This document shows positions 56,692 through 64,000 of a stretch of DNA of 64,000 bases, piece after piece (the first letter of the stretch is position 1; each line of letters opens with the position of its first letter). Source of the stretch: a virus; IMG/VR virus record IMGVR_UViG_3300045391_000912, positions 1 to 64,000 of that record; one strand, written 5' to 3'. The position numbers and the translations under genes were made by a program. The notes under the pieces are model-generated. The model saw only the letters and a program-made list of their open reading frames with translations. It ran no database searches and was not told the DNA's origin.

Positions 56692-58251
56692 TCACTTCTT
56701 GGGCGGTGCGGGCTTCGGTGGTGCCGGGGGCTTAGCGATAGCAGGCTGCTTAGGCGCCTGTGTCACACCCTTAGGCGTCTGCTTAGCCGCTTGACCTGCG
56801 GGAGTAGTCGGCGCGGGGGCCCCTGGGACCGCTGGACCCGCCATCTGCATACCCGCCGTAGCGTCCGCGATGAGCTTCTGTTGCGCGTACAGCTCATCCC
56901 GCTTCTGCTTAGCCAGCTTGATCCACTCCATGACGTCTGGCTTCTCGACGCCTGGGATCCGAGCCCACAGAACCTCTTCGGGGATTCCGAGCAGCGTGGC
57001 GGCCTTACCCAGCGCGTCCACGGCCGCCGAAAGCGACTGCACGCTGGTGTCCTGCCAGGTAACCCGGCCCGTGATGTCCTTGACGTACTTCTGAAGCTCC
57101 GGGCGCTTGCTTTGCTTGCAGGCAAGCTTAAGGAGCTGGTTGTGGGACCTGCCGGTCGGCTTCTGAATCTCGTGGACCTTCTGCGACTGGCTGGCACGGG
57201 CGGCGGCAAGAGCTTCAGCCGACAGGTTCACCATCTGGCCTGTTAGCTCGTGCGTCGGGGTCTGGCTAACCGCCGCCAGGGTCTCAATGTCGTCCCGGTG
57301 GCCGTCGATGAAGCCACCCATACCGGTTTCGGCCAGAGTTCCGAACTTGGTGTCGGCGTCGGCGGCGATCAGGAAGTCGTCCTGCGCGAGCTTGAGCTTG
57401 GCCCGGATCGCGCCCTCTTCGGTGTCCGGCTCCGACAGACCGGCGATCCAGCGGATCTTCCACGAGTTCCAGTGCTGAACCAGCATCCGGTCGTAAGAAG
57501 TCTTGTTGATCTTCTGCGCCAGGGCGATGTACGGCTCAACCTCACCCTTGGTCCGACCGTCGAGGTCAAGCTCCTTGCAGTACCGCACGACGGGTACCAC
57601 ACCGGAGTCGTGCCGCTTGATGTCAATGACCGTGAAGCCGTCGCTACCGTCGGGCCGGGTGCTGGAGTCGAGGACCACCGTGTACTCGTAGGTGTCGTCG
57701 TAGACCCGGACGTTCTTGATCGAGCCCTTGACGTAGTCGACCCGCATCGCAAACTCGGGCCAGTCATCTTCGGCCGGGTCCTCGTAGAGGGCAACCATCT
57801 TGCGGGGGCTTACACCTCGCATGATCGGCATCGACTCGCCCGTGGTGGGGTCCTCGCCCGGTAGGCAGATCGCGTAGGCGTATCCGTAAGCCAGCATGGC
57901 CCGGTGCACGGCGATCTGTCGATCATCCCAACCGTTGGCCAACCAGATGCCGTAAGGCCCCTTGGTCATGTCGTAGTCGGCTTCGCTGTCCGGATCCGGC
58001 TCGTCCAACTGCGAGCGGTAACCGTCCACGAACATGCACTGGGCGGTTGCGGTAACGACCTGGCTTAGCCATGGAGCCTTAGACATGTCCCGCAGCGCGC
58101 GGTGCTCGGACGTCGCCTTACGGGGCAGTCGGAAGTTCTCGGGCTCCCACCGATACCAGTTGTCGATTCGCTTAAGACGGATTGACTCACGGTCGTACTC
58201 CGGCATAAGTTGATCTTGAATAATCGACTTCAGCTCGGACGGGCTTAGCAC
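56692..58251 (-). CDS. portal protein
   Basis: ORF-track frame 56692..58338. GTG 58251, 7 nt after the terminase stop, is preferred; ATG 58302 is also possible. Confidence 0.8.
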   Translation of the reverse strand: MLSPSELKSIIQDQLMPEYDRESIRLKRIDNWYRWEPENFRLPRKATSEHRALRDMSKAPWLSQVVTATAQCMFVDGYRSQLDEPDPDSEADYDMTKGPYGIWLANGWDDRQIAVHRAMLAYGYAYAICLPGEDPTTGESMPIMRGVSPRKMVALYEDPAEDDWPEFAMRVDYVKGSIKNVRVYDDTYEYTVVLDSSTRPDGSDGFTVIDIKRHDSGVVPVVRYCKELDLDGRTKGEVEPYIALAQKINKTSYDRMLVQHWNSWKIRWIAGLSEPDTEEGAIRAKLKLAQDDFLIAADADTKFGTLAETGMGGFIDGHRDDIETLAAVSQTPTHELTGQMVNLSAEALAAARASQSQKVHEIQKPTGRSHNQLLKLACKQSKRPELQKYVKDITGRVTWQDTSVQSLSAAVDALGKAATLLGIPEEVLWARIPGVEKPDVMEWIKLAKQKRDELYAQQKLIADATAGMQMAGPAVPGAPAPTTPAGQAAKQTPKGVTQAPKQPAIAKPPAPPKPAPPKK

Positions 58252-58258
58252 GGGCGTC

Positions 58259-59935
58259 TCACCAAACCCTTCCGGAACGCGGTGGTTTCTGACGGCTCTC
58301 ATCCGAAAGATACAGGCGCCGTACCATCCGCGCGCCAATCATCGCCACCGCGAGGTCAATCTTCTTAGGGCTATCCGGCGATTCTTTGGTCACCGAGACA
58401 CCCCAGCGGTTCAAATCGTCCCGGCAGTTCGCCACATGCCGAGCCAACCGGGAATCTCCGTCGTGCGTGAAGGTCTGTTCCTTGATCTCGGTGTGCACAA
58501 GCTCGCAAGCGAACGTGAACGGGGCGACCTTGGTCCGCATATCCCACGCGATGGCCTGCGGATCCTTGCCGTCCTTCATCGCCCACATCTTGAGCCTGTC
58601 GGCATAAGCCTCGGGCCACGACACCTTGGCGAAGCTCTCCCACTCCCGCACGTCCGCAAAGAACGCCACCGGGCTGTACTCCCGAAACGCCCTGGCCACT
58701 GTGGCGTCTACTTCGTGCACCGGAACGCGGTAGCGCTTACCGTCCTCGTCCGATGCGTGGTCCGGATGGGGCTCCCAGGCGCCGATAACGAACACATGGC
58801 CGTCCGAAACGCAACAACCGACGAGTGCGGTGGCATCTCGGGTGGTCGAGCCGTCGAAGAACATCACGATCTCTTCGCCAAGCTCCACAACCCGCTCCGA
58901 ATGCCGCAAAAGCGACCAAGCCTGCGGTGTGGTCCACGAATTGGTGGAAACCGTCGGCCAGTTGAGGTACTTCCGTTTGGAAGCGTCCACACTCGACCGT
59001 GGATCCCAGATTTTCTGCTTGATCGGCTCCAAATCAGCCCAAAAACAGTCCCCGTAGCAGTGCGCGAGGGCCTTATGGAGCGATTCGGGGCTGTTCAGGT
59101 CCGTATCCGGGGGTGCAATCAGCGCGTCGTACAGAATTTTGGACGTTCCGCGCGTTTTGCCCTCTTCTTGGAGGATCCAAGCCTCCCAAGCCGCCTCCGC
59201 GACGCTCTCAACCCCCGGAACCCAGGCGTTACAGGTCTCCATCGACCGAGATCCGGACTTAGTGAGGTTGTCATCGAGCGTCGCGGCCAGCGCGGGCCCA
59301 CCCTTGTTCGGCGTCCAGTGCTCCGTCTCGTCCCAGACGTTGAAACTGGACTCCGCGCCTTCAGCGGCACCCGCCGACGACGTGATGATCTCCAAAGTGC
59401 CCTCTGGAGCCTTGTAATACCGGGTCAAACCGACGTCCAAGCCGTACCTAAGCGCCACCTTGGAGCCCTTAGGCGCCATCGCGCGCACCATACGCATCGT
59501 GTTAGCGGTCTGAGACTCCGCTGTGGCCGCGATTTGGACCAGCGGCATGTCCACAGGCTTCCCCTTGCACCCACCGGGGAGCTTAGGGTCGAAATCCTTA
59601 AGCCGAACCGGGCCCAAGAACTCCATCAGAGCCAATACGGCGGCGAACGGGGACTTTCCGGAACCCTTAACGAGCCGACGGACCCCATGGTGGTACAGCC
59701 AGCGGCCGTTTTCATCGACCGCGTACCACCACAGCAGGAACTTGAGCTGCGAGTCGACGGGTCGCCAGAACTGTTGCGCCTTAGGTCCGTTCGGCTGCCG
59801 GAGGTACTCCATGGCCCACGCTGCGGCTTCCCACCCCAAAGTCAGGTCCGGGAGCCCCTCGGGCATGGTTGAGAGCCGATCGCCGGGCGGAATCGGTGGG
59901 GGTGTCCAGATTCGAGGCCGTTCGAGCGTCGTCAT
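58259..59935 (-). CDS. terminase large subunit
   Basis: 558 aa. Walker A-like KGSGKS. Assigned from gene order. Confidence 0.85.
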   Translation of the reverse strand: MTTLERPRIWTPPPIPPGDRLSTMPEGLPDLTLGWEAAAWAMEYLRQPNGPKAQQFWRPVDSQLKFLLWWYAVDENGRWLYHHGVRRLVKGSGKSPFAAVLALMEFLGPVRLKDFDPKLPGGCKGKPVDMPLVQIAATAESQTANTMRMVRAMAPKGSKVALRYGLDVGLTRYYKAPEGTLEIITSSAGAAEGAESSFNVWDETEHWTPNKGGPALAATLDDNLTKSGSRSMETCNAWVPGVESVAEAAWEAWILQEEGKTRGTSKILYDALIAPPDTDLNSPESLHKALAHCYGDCFWADLEPIKQKIWDPRSSVDASKRKYLNWPTVSTNSWTTPQAWSLLRHSERVVELGEEIVMFFDGSTTRDATALVGCCVSDGHVFVIGAWEPHPDHASDEDGKRYRVPVHEVDATVARAFREYSPVAFFADVREWESFAKVSWPEAYADRLKMWAMKDGKDPQAIAWDMRTKVAPFTFACELVHTEIKEQTFTHDGDSRLARHVANCRDDLNRWGVSVTKESPDSPKKIDLAVAMIGARMVRRLYLSDESRQKPPRSGRVW

Positions 59936-60366
59936 TACTTCGCCAAGCGATTGCGGAACGCCTCAAGGTCCGAAACGGCGGCATCCTTCTCCGGATCCTC
60001 GACACCCGCCTTCGCAAGCTCGATCCGCATCCGCCGCCGAGCGCCTTCCGTGGTCAGAAGCTCCGAGGCTCCGGCCAACCACGAGTTGAACATCATCGCG
60101 TTGGGCTTAGTGCTGCACAGCACGCGGTCCAGCATCTCCGCGAGGATCCACGCTTGCGCCCAGTCCGACGGTTCGTACCAGTGACACTGCCCCGACTTAG
60201 CCAGGGACTCGTACCAGTCCGACGCCGCCTTAGTCCAATCCTCACTAGCTTCCGGAATCTCGACATCCTGGGTGCCAGGAGCGGTCTCCGTCTCGATATC
60301 GTCCTTATTCCTGCGTCGGCGTTGATCCGAGCGCTTAGGAACAGGGCCCGTAGTGCCTCCAGCCAT
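59935..60366 (-). CDS. terminase small subunit
   Basis: 143 aa with a basic N-terminus (PKRSDQRRRRNKD). ATG behind GGAAGGAGG. Stop overlaps the terL start. Confidence 0.7.
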   Translation of the reverse strand: MAGGTTGPVPKRSDQRRRRNKDDIETETAPGTQDVEIPEASEDWTKAASDWYESLAKSGQCHWYEPSDWAQAWILAEMLDRVLCSTKPNAMMFNSWLAGASELLTTEGARRRMRIELAKAGVEDPEKDAAVSDLEAFRNRLAK

Positions 60367-60630
60367 GGGCTTAGCACCTCCTTCCGGGGTCAGATTAGCG
60401 TCAACCGGGGGTTTTGGGCTAGCTTAGCGTGTTAATAAGGGGTTTAGCCCCGTTTTTAGGGCTAAAAAGTCAACAGCTAGCTGATTTTAGCGTTTTAACC
60501 CGTACAAAATTTTTGGCGGGATGACAGGGCGGTCGGATGATCTTGATGCTAAGGGGGACCTCCCCACCCCTCTTAGCCTATTAGGTCGCAATTCGGGCGC
60601 GCATTGCTAGCTAAGCCCTTAGCTAAGCCT

Positions 60631-60700
60631 TAAATTGTCGCAAAAATTAATTTTTTCCCATTTTTTCATTTTTTCGCGCGCTTATTAAACCATTAGCAAT
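60631..60700. other. AT-rich segment with phased T-tracts (probable bent DNA)
   Basis: A5 at 60642. T6 at 60651, 60661 and 60669, spaced 8-10 nt apart. Confidence 0.7.
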
Positions 60701-60714
60701 GTGTTAGCTCGTTG

Positions 60715-60785
60715 CTTAGTGCATGGCACATACCTAGTGCACACCATGCCATGCCTAGTGCTTGTGCCCTTGTGCCCTAGTGCTA
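60715..60785. repeat. four direct repeats of (C)CTAGTGC
   Basis: TAGTGC at 60717, 60735, 60756 and 60778, spaced 18-22 nt apart. Confidence 0.8.
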
Positions 60786-60811
60786 TGGCTTAGGCCTTTA
60801 GCTCTTATGTG

Positions 60812-60870
60812 TGTAGGTGTGTGGTGCAGTAGGCAGTAGGTGTGCGGTGCATAGGTGTGTGGCATGGGTG
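60812..60870. repeat. three direct repeats of TAGGTGTGYGG
   Basis: Copies at 60814, 60837 and 60852. Confidence 0.8.
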
Positions 60871-60940
60871 GGCTATGGGTGGAAGGGAAGCCCGGATATA
60901 TGGGCCCCGTATTAGCTCCTGCCTAGCGCTAGGTACAGGG

Positions 60941-61037
60941 GTAGGGGCTTACGGCTAGGGCACTAGCTAAGGGTCTAGGTAGGGGCTTACAGAGGCCACT
61001 AGGTAGGGGCTTAGCTAAGGGTCTAGGTAGGGGCTTA
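60941..61037. repeat. four direct repeats of GTAGGGGCTTA, including a perfect 24-nt duplicate
   Basis: Copies at 60941, 60979, 61003 and 61027. GCTAAGGGTCTAGGTAGGGGCTTA occurs at 60966 and 61014. Confidence 0.85.
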
Positions 61038-61189
61038 GGCCGGCCTGCGCCATATGTCCAAGCTTAGACATAAGCTACATAGGCTAGGGCTAGGGGCTCA
61101 TGTCCGGACAACGGTGCAGCTAGAGGTACATTGTCCGGTCATCTTAGTGATCTTGTGAAGATCGACTTGTGGAACGGCTACCGAACGGT

Positions 61190-61226
61190 AATCCCCTAAC
61201 GCAATCCCCTAGGGGGTTAGGGGATT
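61190..61226. repeat. nested palindromes
   Basis: AATCCCCTAAC / GTTAGGGGATT enclose CCCCTAGGGG. Nearby palindromes are GATCTTgtgAAGATC (61149-61163) and TGTCCGGACA (61101-61110). Confidence 0.8.
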
Positions 61227-61239
61227 AGCCCCTAATTTG

Positions 61240-61261
61240 GGCGTGTCGCACGGCGTGTCGC
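61240..61261. repeat. tandem GGCGTGTCGC x2
   Basis: Copies at 61240-61249 and 61252-61261. Confidence 0.8.
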
Positions 61262-61339
61262 CCCTAAAGGTTGGTCAACGGCGCCCGAATCGGGCAGGGT
61301 CACGAGCGTCCCCATCACCCGCTAGTCCGGAGGTCACTC

Positions 61340-61549
61340 GTGCACATGTTCCGCCACCTCATCGCCGCTGTCGCATCGTTCGTGTGGCTCATGCTGTTCA
61401 TCAAAGGTGTGGCGCTCATCCTGCTAGCGCTCATCGGCGCGGCGGCCGTGTGGTTCGTCGTGGCGTTCGGCATTGCGTTCGTGCAGTGCCGTAAGCAGCG
61501 GCTCGCGCGTGAGCGTGCTCGTGCCGCGTACTCCAGCCGTAACCGCTAA
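61340..61549 (+). CDS. two-TM membrane protein (69 aa)
   Basis: ORF-track frame 61271..61549. GTG 61340 behind GGAGG. Confidence 0.55.
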   Translation: MHMFRHLIAAVASFVWLMLFIKGVALILLALIGAAAVWFVVAFGIAFVQCRKQRLARERARAAYSSRNR

Positions 61550-61577
61550 CCCAACCAACACAGGAGGAGCACCTGAC

Positions 61578-61853
61578 ATGAGCATCCGTACCGAAATCAT
61601 CATGAACGCGAGCGGTGACATGCTCACGCTCGTTGTCACGCCTGCCACGGATGATTTCGTCCCTAGCCCCTGCCGTAGCGATGTCATGGTTATGGCTCAC
61701 GTTGTGTGCAACGAGCGTGGCCTTAAGGCGACTGGTGTAGTCGGTATCGCTTGCGACCCACACGGCAACGGCGACCACCGCTGCCCTAACCACTGGTCCG
61801 CCATTGGTGCATTTGACGTTGAACCCCTTACCGCCGATAACGCAGCGCTCTAA
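61578..61853 (+). CDS. hypothetical protein (91 aa)
   Basis: ORF-track frame 61473..61853. ATG 61578 behind AGGAGG. Confidence 0.6.
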   Translation: MSIRTEIIMNASGDMLTLVVTPATDDFVPSPCRSDVMVMAHVVCNERGLKATGVVGIACDPHGNGDHRCPNHWSAIGAFDVEPLTADNAAL

Positions 61854-61877
61854 CCAACCAACACAGAGGAGAAACCA

Positions 61878-63125
61878 ATGTCCAGCACTCTCGTCAAGCA
61901 TGGTGACCGCACCGTCCGTAAGGCGTGCAACGTATGCGGCCGCAAAGACCTCTATTGGGGTCACGACACCACTAAGGACAAGGGTGAGTTCTGCTCTAAG
62001 TGCCACGTCTCCGGCGCATGGGTGCTCATCGAGCGTGACGGTTCCGCTCACTCGCTCGTCTGTGGCCCTAAGGGCGACGCTACGGGCCCGGCGCCTGTCA
62101 CCCTGGCTGATGAGCGCACAAGCCCGTTCGTGGCGCCTAGCGAGCCTGTGACGGTTCCGGCGGCTACTCCTGCGCCTACGGTCCCCCCGACGATGCCTAG
62201 CGACGCGGCGGCGCTCATGGCGCAATTGTTCGCCACGCTCGCACCGAAGGTGGACGAATCGCAGGTTCGCGCCATTGTCGAAGAGATGGTCAACGGGCTG
62301 GTATTCCCTACGCACACGGTAGTTGTCGACTCCTCGAAGGACGCGCCGGTTGTCATTGAGGGTGCCCATTCAATGCTGAAGTGGGTCATTAAGGGGCTTA
62401 GCTCCGGCCTACACGTGATGATGGTTGGCCCGGCGGGTACGGGTAAGTCGACGCTTGCCGAATCGGCGGCCGAAGCGGTGGAGCTTCCCTACTCCGCTAT
62501 CTCCCTATCGCCCACCACACCTAACTCTCAAATTCTGGGTTATATGAATGCAGCGGGTGAGTACGTGCGCACGCCATTCCGTGAGGCTTACGAGAACGGC
62601 GGTGTATTCAATTTCGATGAAATCGACAACAGTAACCCCTCAACCCTGGCCGTAATCAACTCTGGCCTAGCTAACGGCGTAATGGCGTTCCCCGACGGCA
62701 TGGTCAAGCGGAGCGAGAACTTTAGGTGTGTCGCAACCGCCAACACCTACGGCCGCGGTGCAGACCGTATGTACGTGGGCAGGCAGCAACTCGATGCCGC
62801 GACGCTTGACCGTTTCATCGTCCTTGACGTCCACGTAGACGAAGCGCTTGAAATGGCCGTATGCGCCTCTACCGGCCTTGAAGTCTCGCGCGTCAAGGAC
62901 GTCCTGGTCTACGTGCGCAAGCTGCGTAAGTCTGCCGACAGTCAGGGTATGCGCGTAATGGTGTCCCCTCGCGCCTCTATCGGCCTATGTAAGTGGCTTG
63001 CGAACGAAGACACCCCCGAAGACTGGAAAATGGGCGTCGAAGCGCTCGTATTCAAGGGCATGAGCGCGCAAGACAGGTCCAAGCTTCTGTCCGGCGCCGG
63101 TATGTCCTCCGCTTACAGCAACTAA
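61878..63125 (+). CDS. AAA+ ATPase (MoxR / CobS / AAA_5-like) with an N-terminal zinc-ribbon
   Basis: Walker A GPAGTGKS, Walker B FNFDEID, ATANTYGRG...LDRF, and an N-terminal CNVCG...CSKCH. Confidence 0.8.
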   Translation: MSSTLVKHGDRTVRKACNVCGRKDLYWGHDTTKDKGEFCSKCHVSGAWVLIERDGSAHSLVCGPKGDATGPAPVTLADERTSPFVAPSEPVTVPAATPAPTVPPTMPSDAAALMAQLFATLAPKVDESQVRAIVEEMVNGLVFPTHTVVVDSSKDAPVVIEGAHSMLKWVIKGLSSGLHVMMVGPAGTGKSTLAESAAEAVELPYSAISLSPTTPNSQILGYMNAAGEYVRTPFREAYENGGVFNFDEIDNSNPSTLAVINSGLANGVMAFPDGMVKRSENFRCVATANTYGRGADRMYVGRQQLDAATLDRFIVLDVHVDEALEMAVCASTGLEVSRVKDVLVYVRKLRKSADSQGMRVMVSPRASIGLCKWLANEDTPEDWKMGVEALVFKGMSAQDRSKLLSGAGMSSAYSN

Positions 63126-63136
63126 GGGGTAGAGCC

Positions 63137-63976
63137 ATGGCACGCAAGATTATGCAGACCCTCACCTACGACTCGTTGGAGGATATGGCCGATAGCGCGT
63201 ACCGCCACTCAAAGGATGACAGCGGAGCGTTCGTCTACTCCGGCTCATCGTGGCAGAAGAGGTGGTGCGGCACTGCCTCTCCCCAATCGGCCCGTAAGTT
63301 GGCTATTGAAGGGTGGCATGAGCCGGAGGTTGAAGCTCTCACCATTGTTGATTCCGCCATTGAAGCGGTAGAGGCCGAACACGAAATGGATGGTTTCAGC
63401 CACTACCACGACGTGAGCGGTTGTGAGGTTGACGTGGCCCGGTATCTGTCCGGTGAGCCGGAGTCGATGATTGAATACGAGCCGATTCCTACTCCTAGGG
63501 TCGGCCGTGTGATCACTCTGTGCGCTTCGGTGAGCATGAGCGCGTCGATTAGCAACGACGTCATCAAGCGTCGTGGTTTCGGCATTAGCGCGCTGGCTTT
63601 CGCTCTTACCCGTCTCGGGTTCGCGGTGGAGCTATGGGCAGATTGGACCTCCGGTAGCTACTCCGGTGACAAAGTCGGCCAGATGCGCGTGTTGGTCAAG
63701 GGGCTTAACGACGAGCTGGACTATGCAAAAATCCTATTCGCCTACGCTCACCCGACAATGCTGCGGGGGCTAGTTCACGCGGCCGCCCATGATTTCAACG
63801 CGAGCACCCGCGACGCTATCGGTATCGGCAAGTACTACGGCGTTCCCGCTCACCCAGAGCAGGACCTACCCGAGGGCACGATTTACCTACCGGAGCTGAA
63901 GTCCTCACGCAACGTGCCCACGGCGCCCGAAATGCTCCTAGCCCACCTGCGTGAGCTAGGCATCGTGTCGGACTAG
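63137..63976 (+). CDS. partner of the AAA+ ATPase, possibly a vWA/CobT-like protein with a degenerate MIDAS motif
   Basis: ORF-track frame 62993..63976. ATG 63137 behind AAGGGG. The segment VITLCASVSMSAS sits where a DxSxS motif would be. The functional call is weak. Confidence 0.6.
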   Translation: MARKIMQTLTYDSLEDMADSAYRHSKDDSGAFVYSGSSWQKRWCGTASPQSARKLAIEGWHEPEVEALTIVDSAIEAVEAEHEMDGFSHYHDVSGCEVDVARYLSGEPESMIEYEPIPTPRVGRVITLCASVSMSASISNDVIKRRGFGISALAFALTRLGFAVELWADWTSGSYSGDKVGQMRVLVKGLNDELDYAKILFAYAHPTMLRGLVHAAAHDFNASTRDAIGIGKYYGVPAHPEQDLPEGTIYLPELKSSRNVPTAPEMLLAHLRELGIVSD

Positions 63977-64000
63977 ATGGAGAGGGTGTGCGCGTGATGA

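Noticed and set aside
60941-61037. A possible mini CRISPR array, suggested by the 24-nt perfect repeat and four copies of a 11-nt core.
   Set aside because: The repeats are too few and irregularly spaced (38, 24 and 24 nt). The spacers are partly repeat sequence themselves. There are no cas genes or leader. The pattern fits protein-binding iterons better.

Overview
The window reads as a contiguous piece of a GC-rich tailed dsDNA phage genome, siphovirus-type by gene order. An actinobacterial host is inferred from the WhiB-like gene, the GH19 endolysin, lipoprotein signals and GTG/overlap-coupled gene starts. No host flank, integrase or CRISPR array is visible. All calls were made by eye from the sequence and the ORF track, with no database search. 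Most gene starts were re-picked using RBS and stop/start overlaps.

Layout:
- 1-20.0 kb, minus strand: replication, recombination and regulation. It contains an HNH fragment, a 1615-aa fused prim-pol/helicase/exonuclease/Pol A replicase, a C5 DNA methyltransferase cassette and a RuvC-like resolvase. It also holds a DUF3310 protein, an SNF2 helicase, a Cas4-like exonuclease, a sigma factor, WhiB, an RNA ligase with a tRNA-binding-type OB domain and an HTH regulator.
- 20.1-29.5 kb, plus strand: about 30 small early genes, including thyX, dCMP deaminase, a ParB-like protein and many tiny membrane peptides.
- 29.5-34.2 kb, minus strand: a PL7-lyase/beta-helix/histidine-phosphatase enzyme and a lysis cassette (GH19 endolysin, three membrane proteins, one lipoprotein).
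- 34.2-37.1 kb, minus strand: a tRNA array in which I could fold 26 tRNAs. It is interspersed with tRNA fragments and several tRNA-sized RNAs that are not cloverleaves.
- 37.2-60.4 kb, minus strand: tail, head and packaging genes. These include the tape measure, a G/T chaperone pair with a -1 frameshift, capsid, scaffold, portal and terminase.
- 60.4-61.3 kb: a non-coding region dense in repeats, palindromes and T-tracts.
- 61.3-64 kb, plus strand: a membrane protein and an AAA+ (MoxR/CobS-like) ATPase with a partner gene.

Most interesting signals:
1. The pentamer CTAAG appears strongly over-represented on the sense strand, in all reading frames.
2. Non-canonical tRNA-like RNAs, two of them ending in ACCA, sit inside the tRNA array, and the phage also carries a tRNA-binding-domain RNA ligase.
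3. Two separate proteins each pair a PL7-type lyase module with a phosphoesterase, one of them PhoD-like.
4. The methyltransferase gene is bounded by about 50-bp direct repeats inside a small tandem gene family.
5. tRNA-3'-half-like repeats and a GCAAGTCAAGG motif cluster lie at 1.3-2.3 kb.
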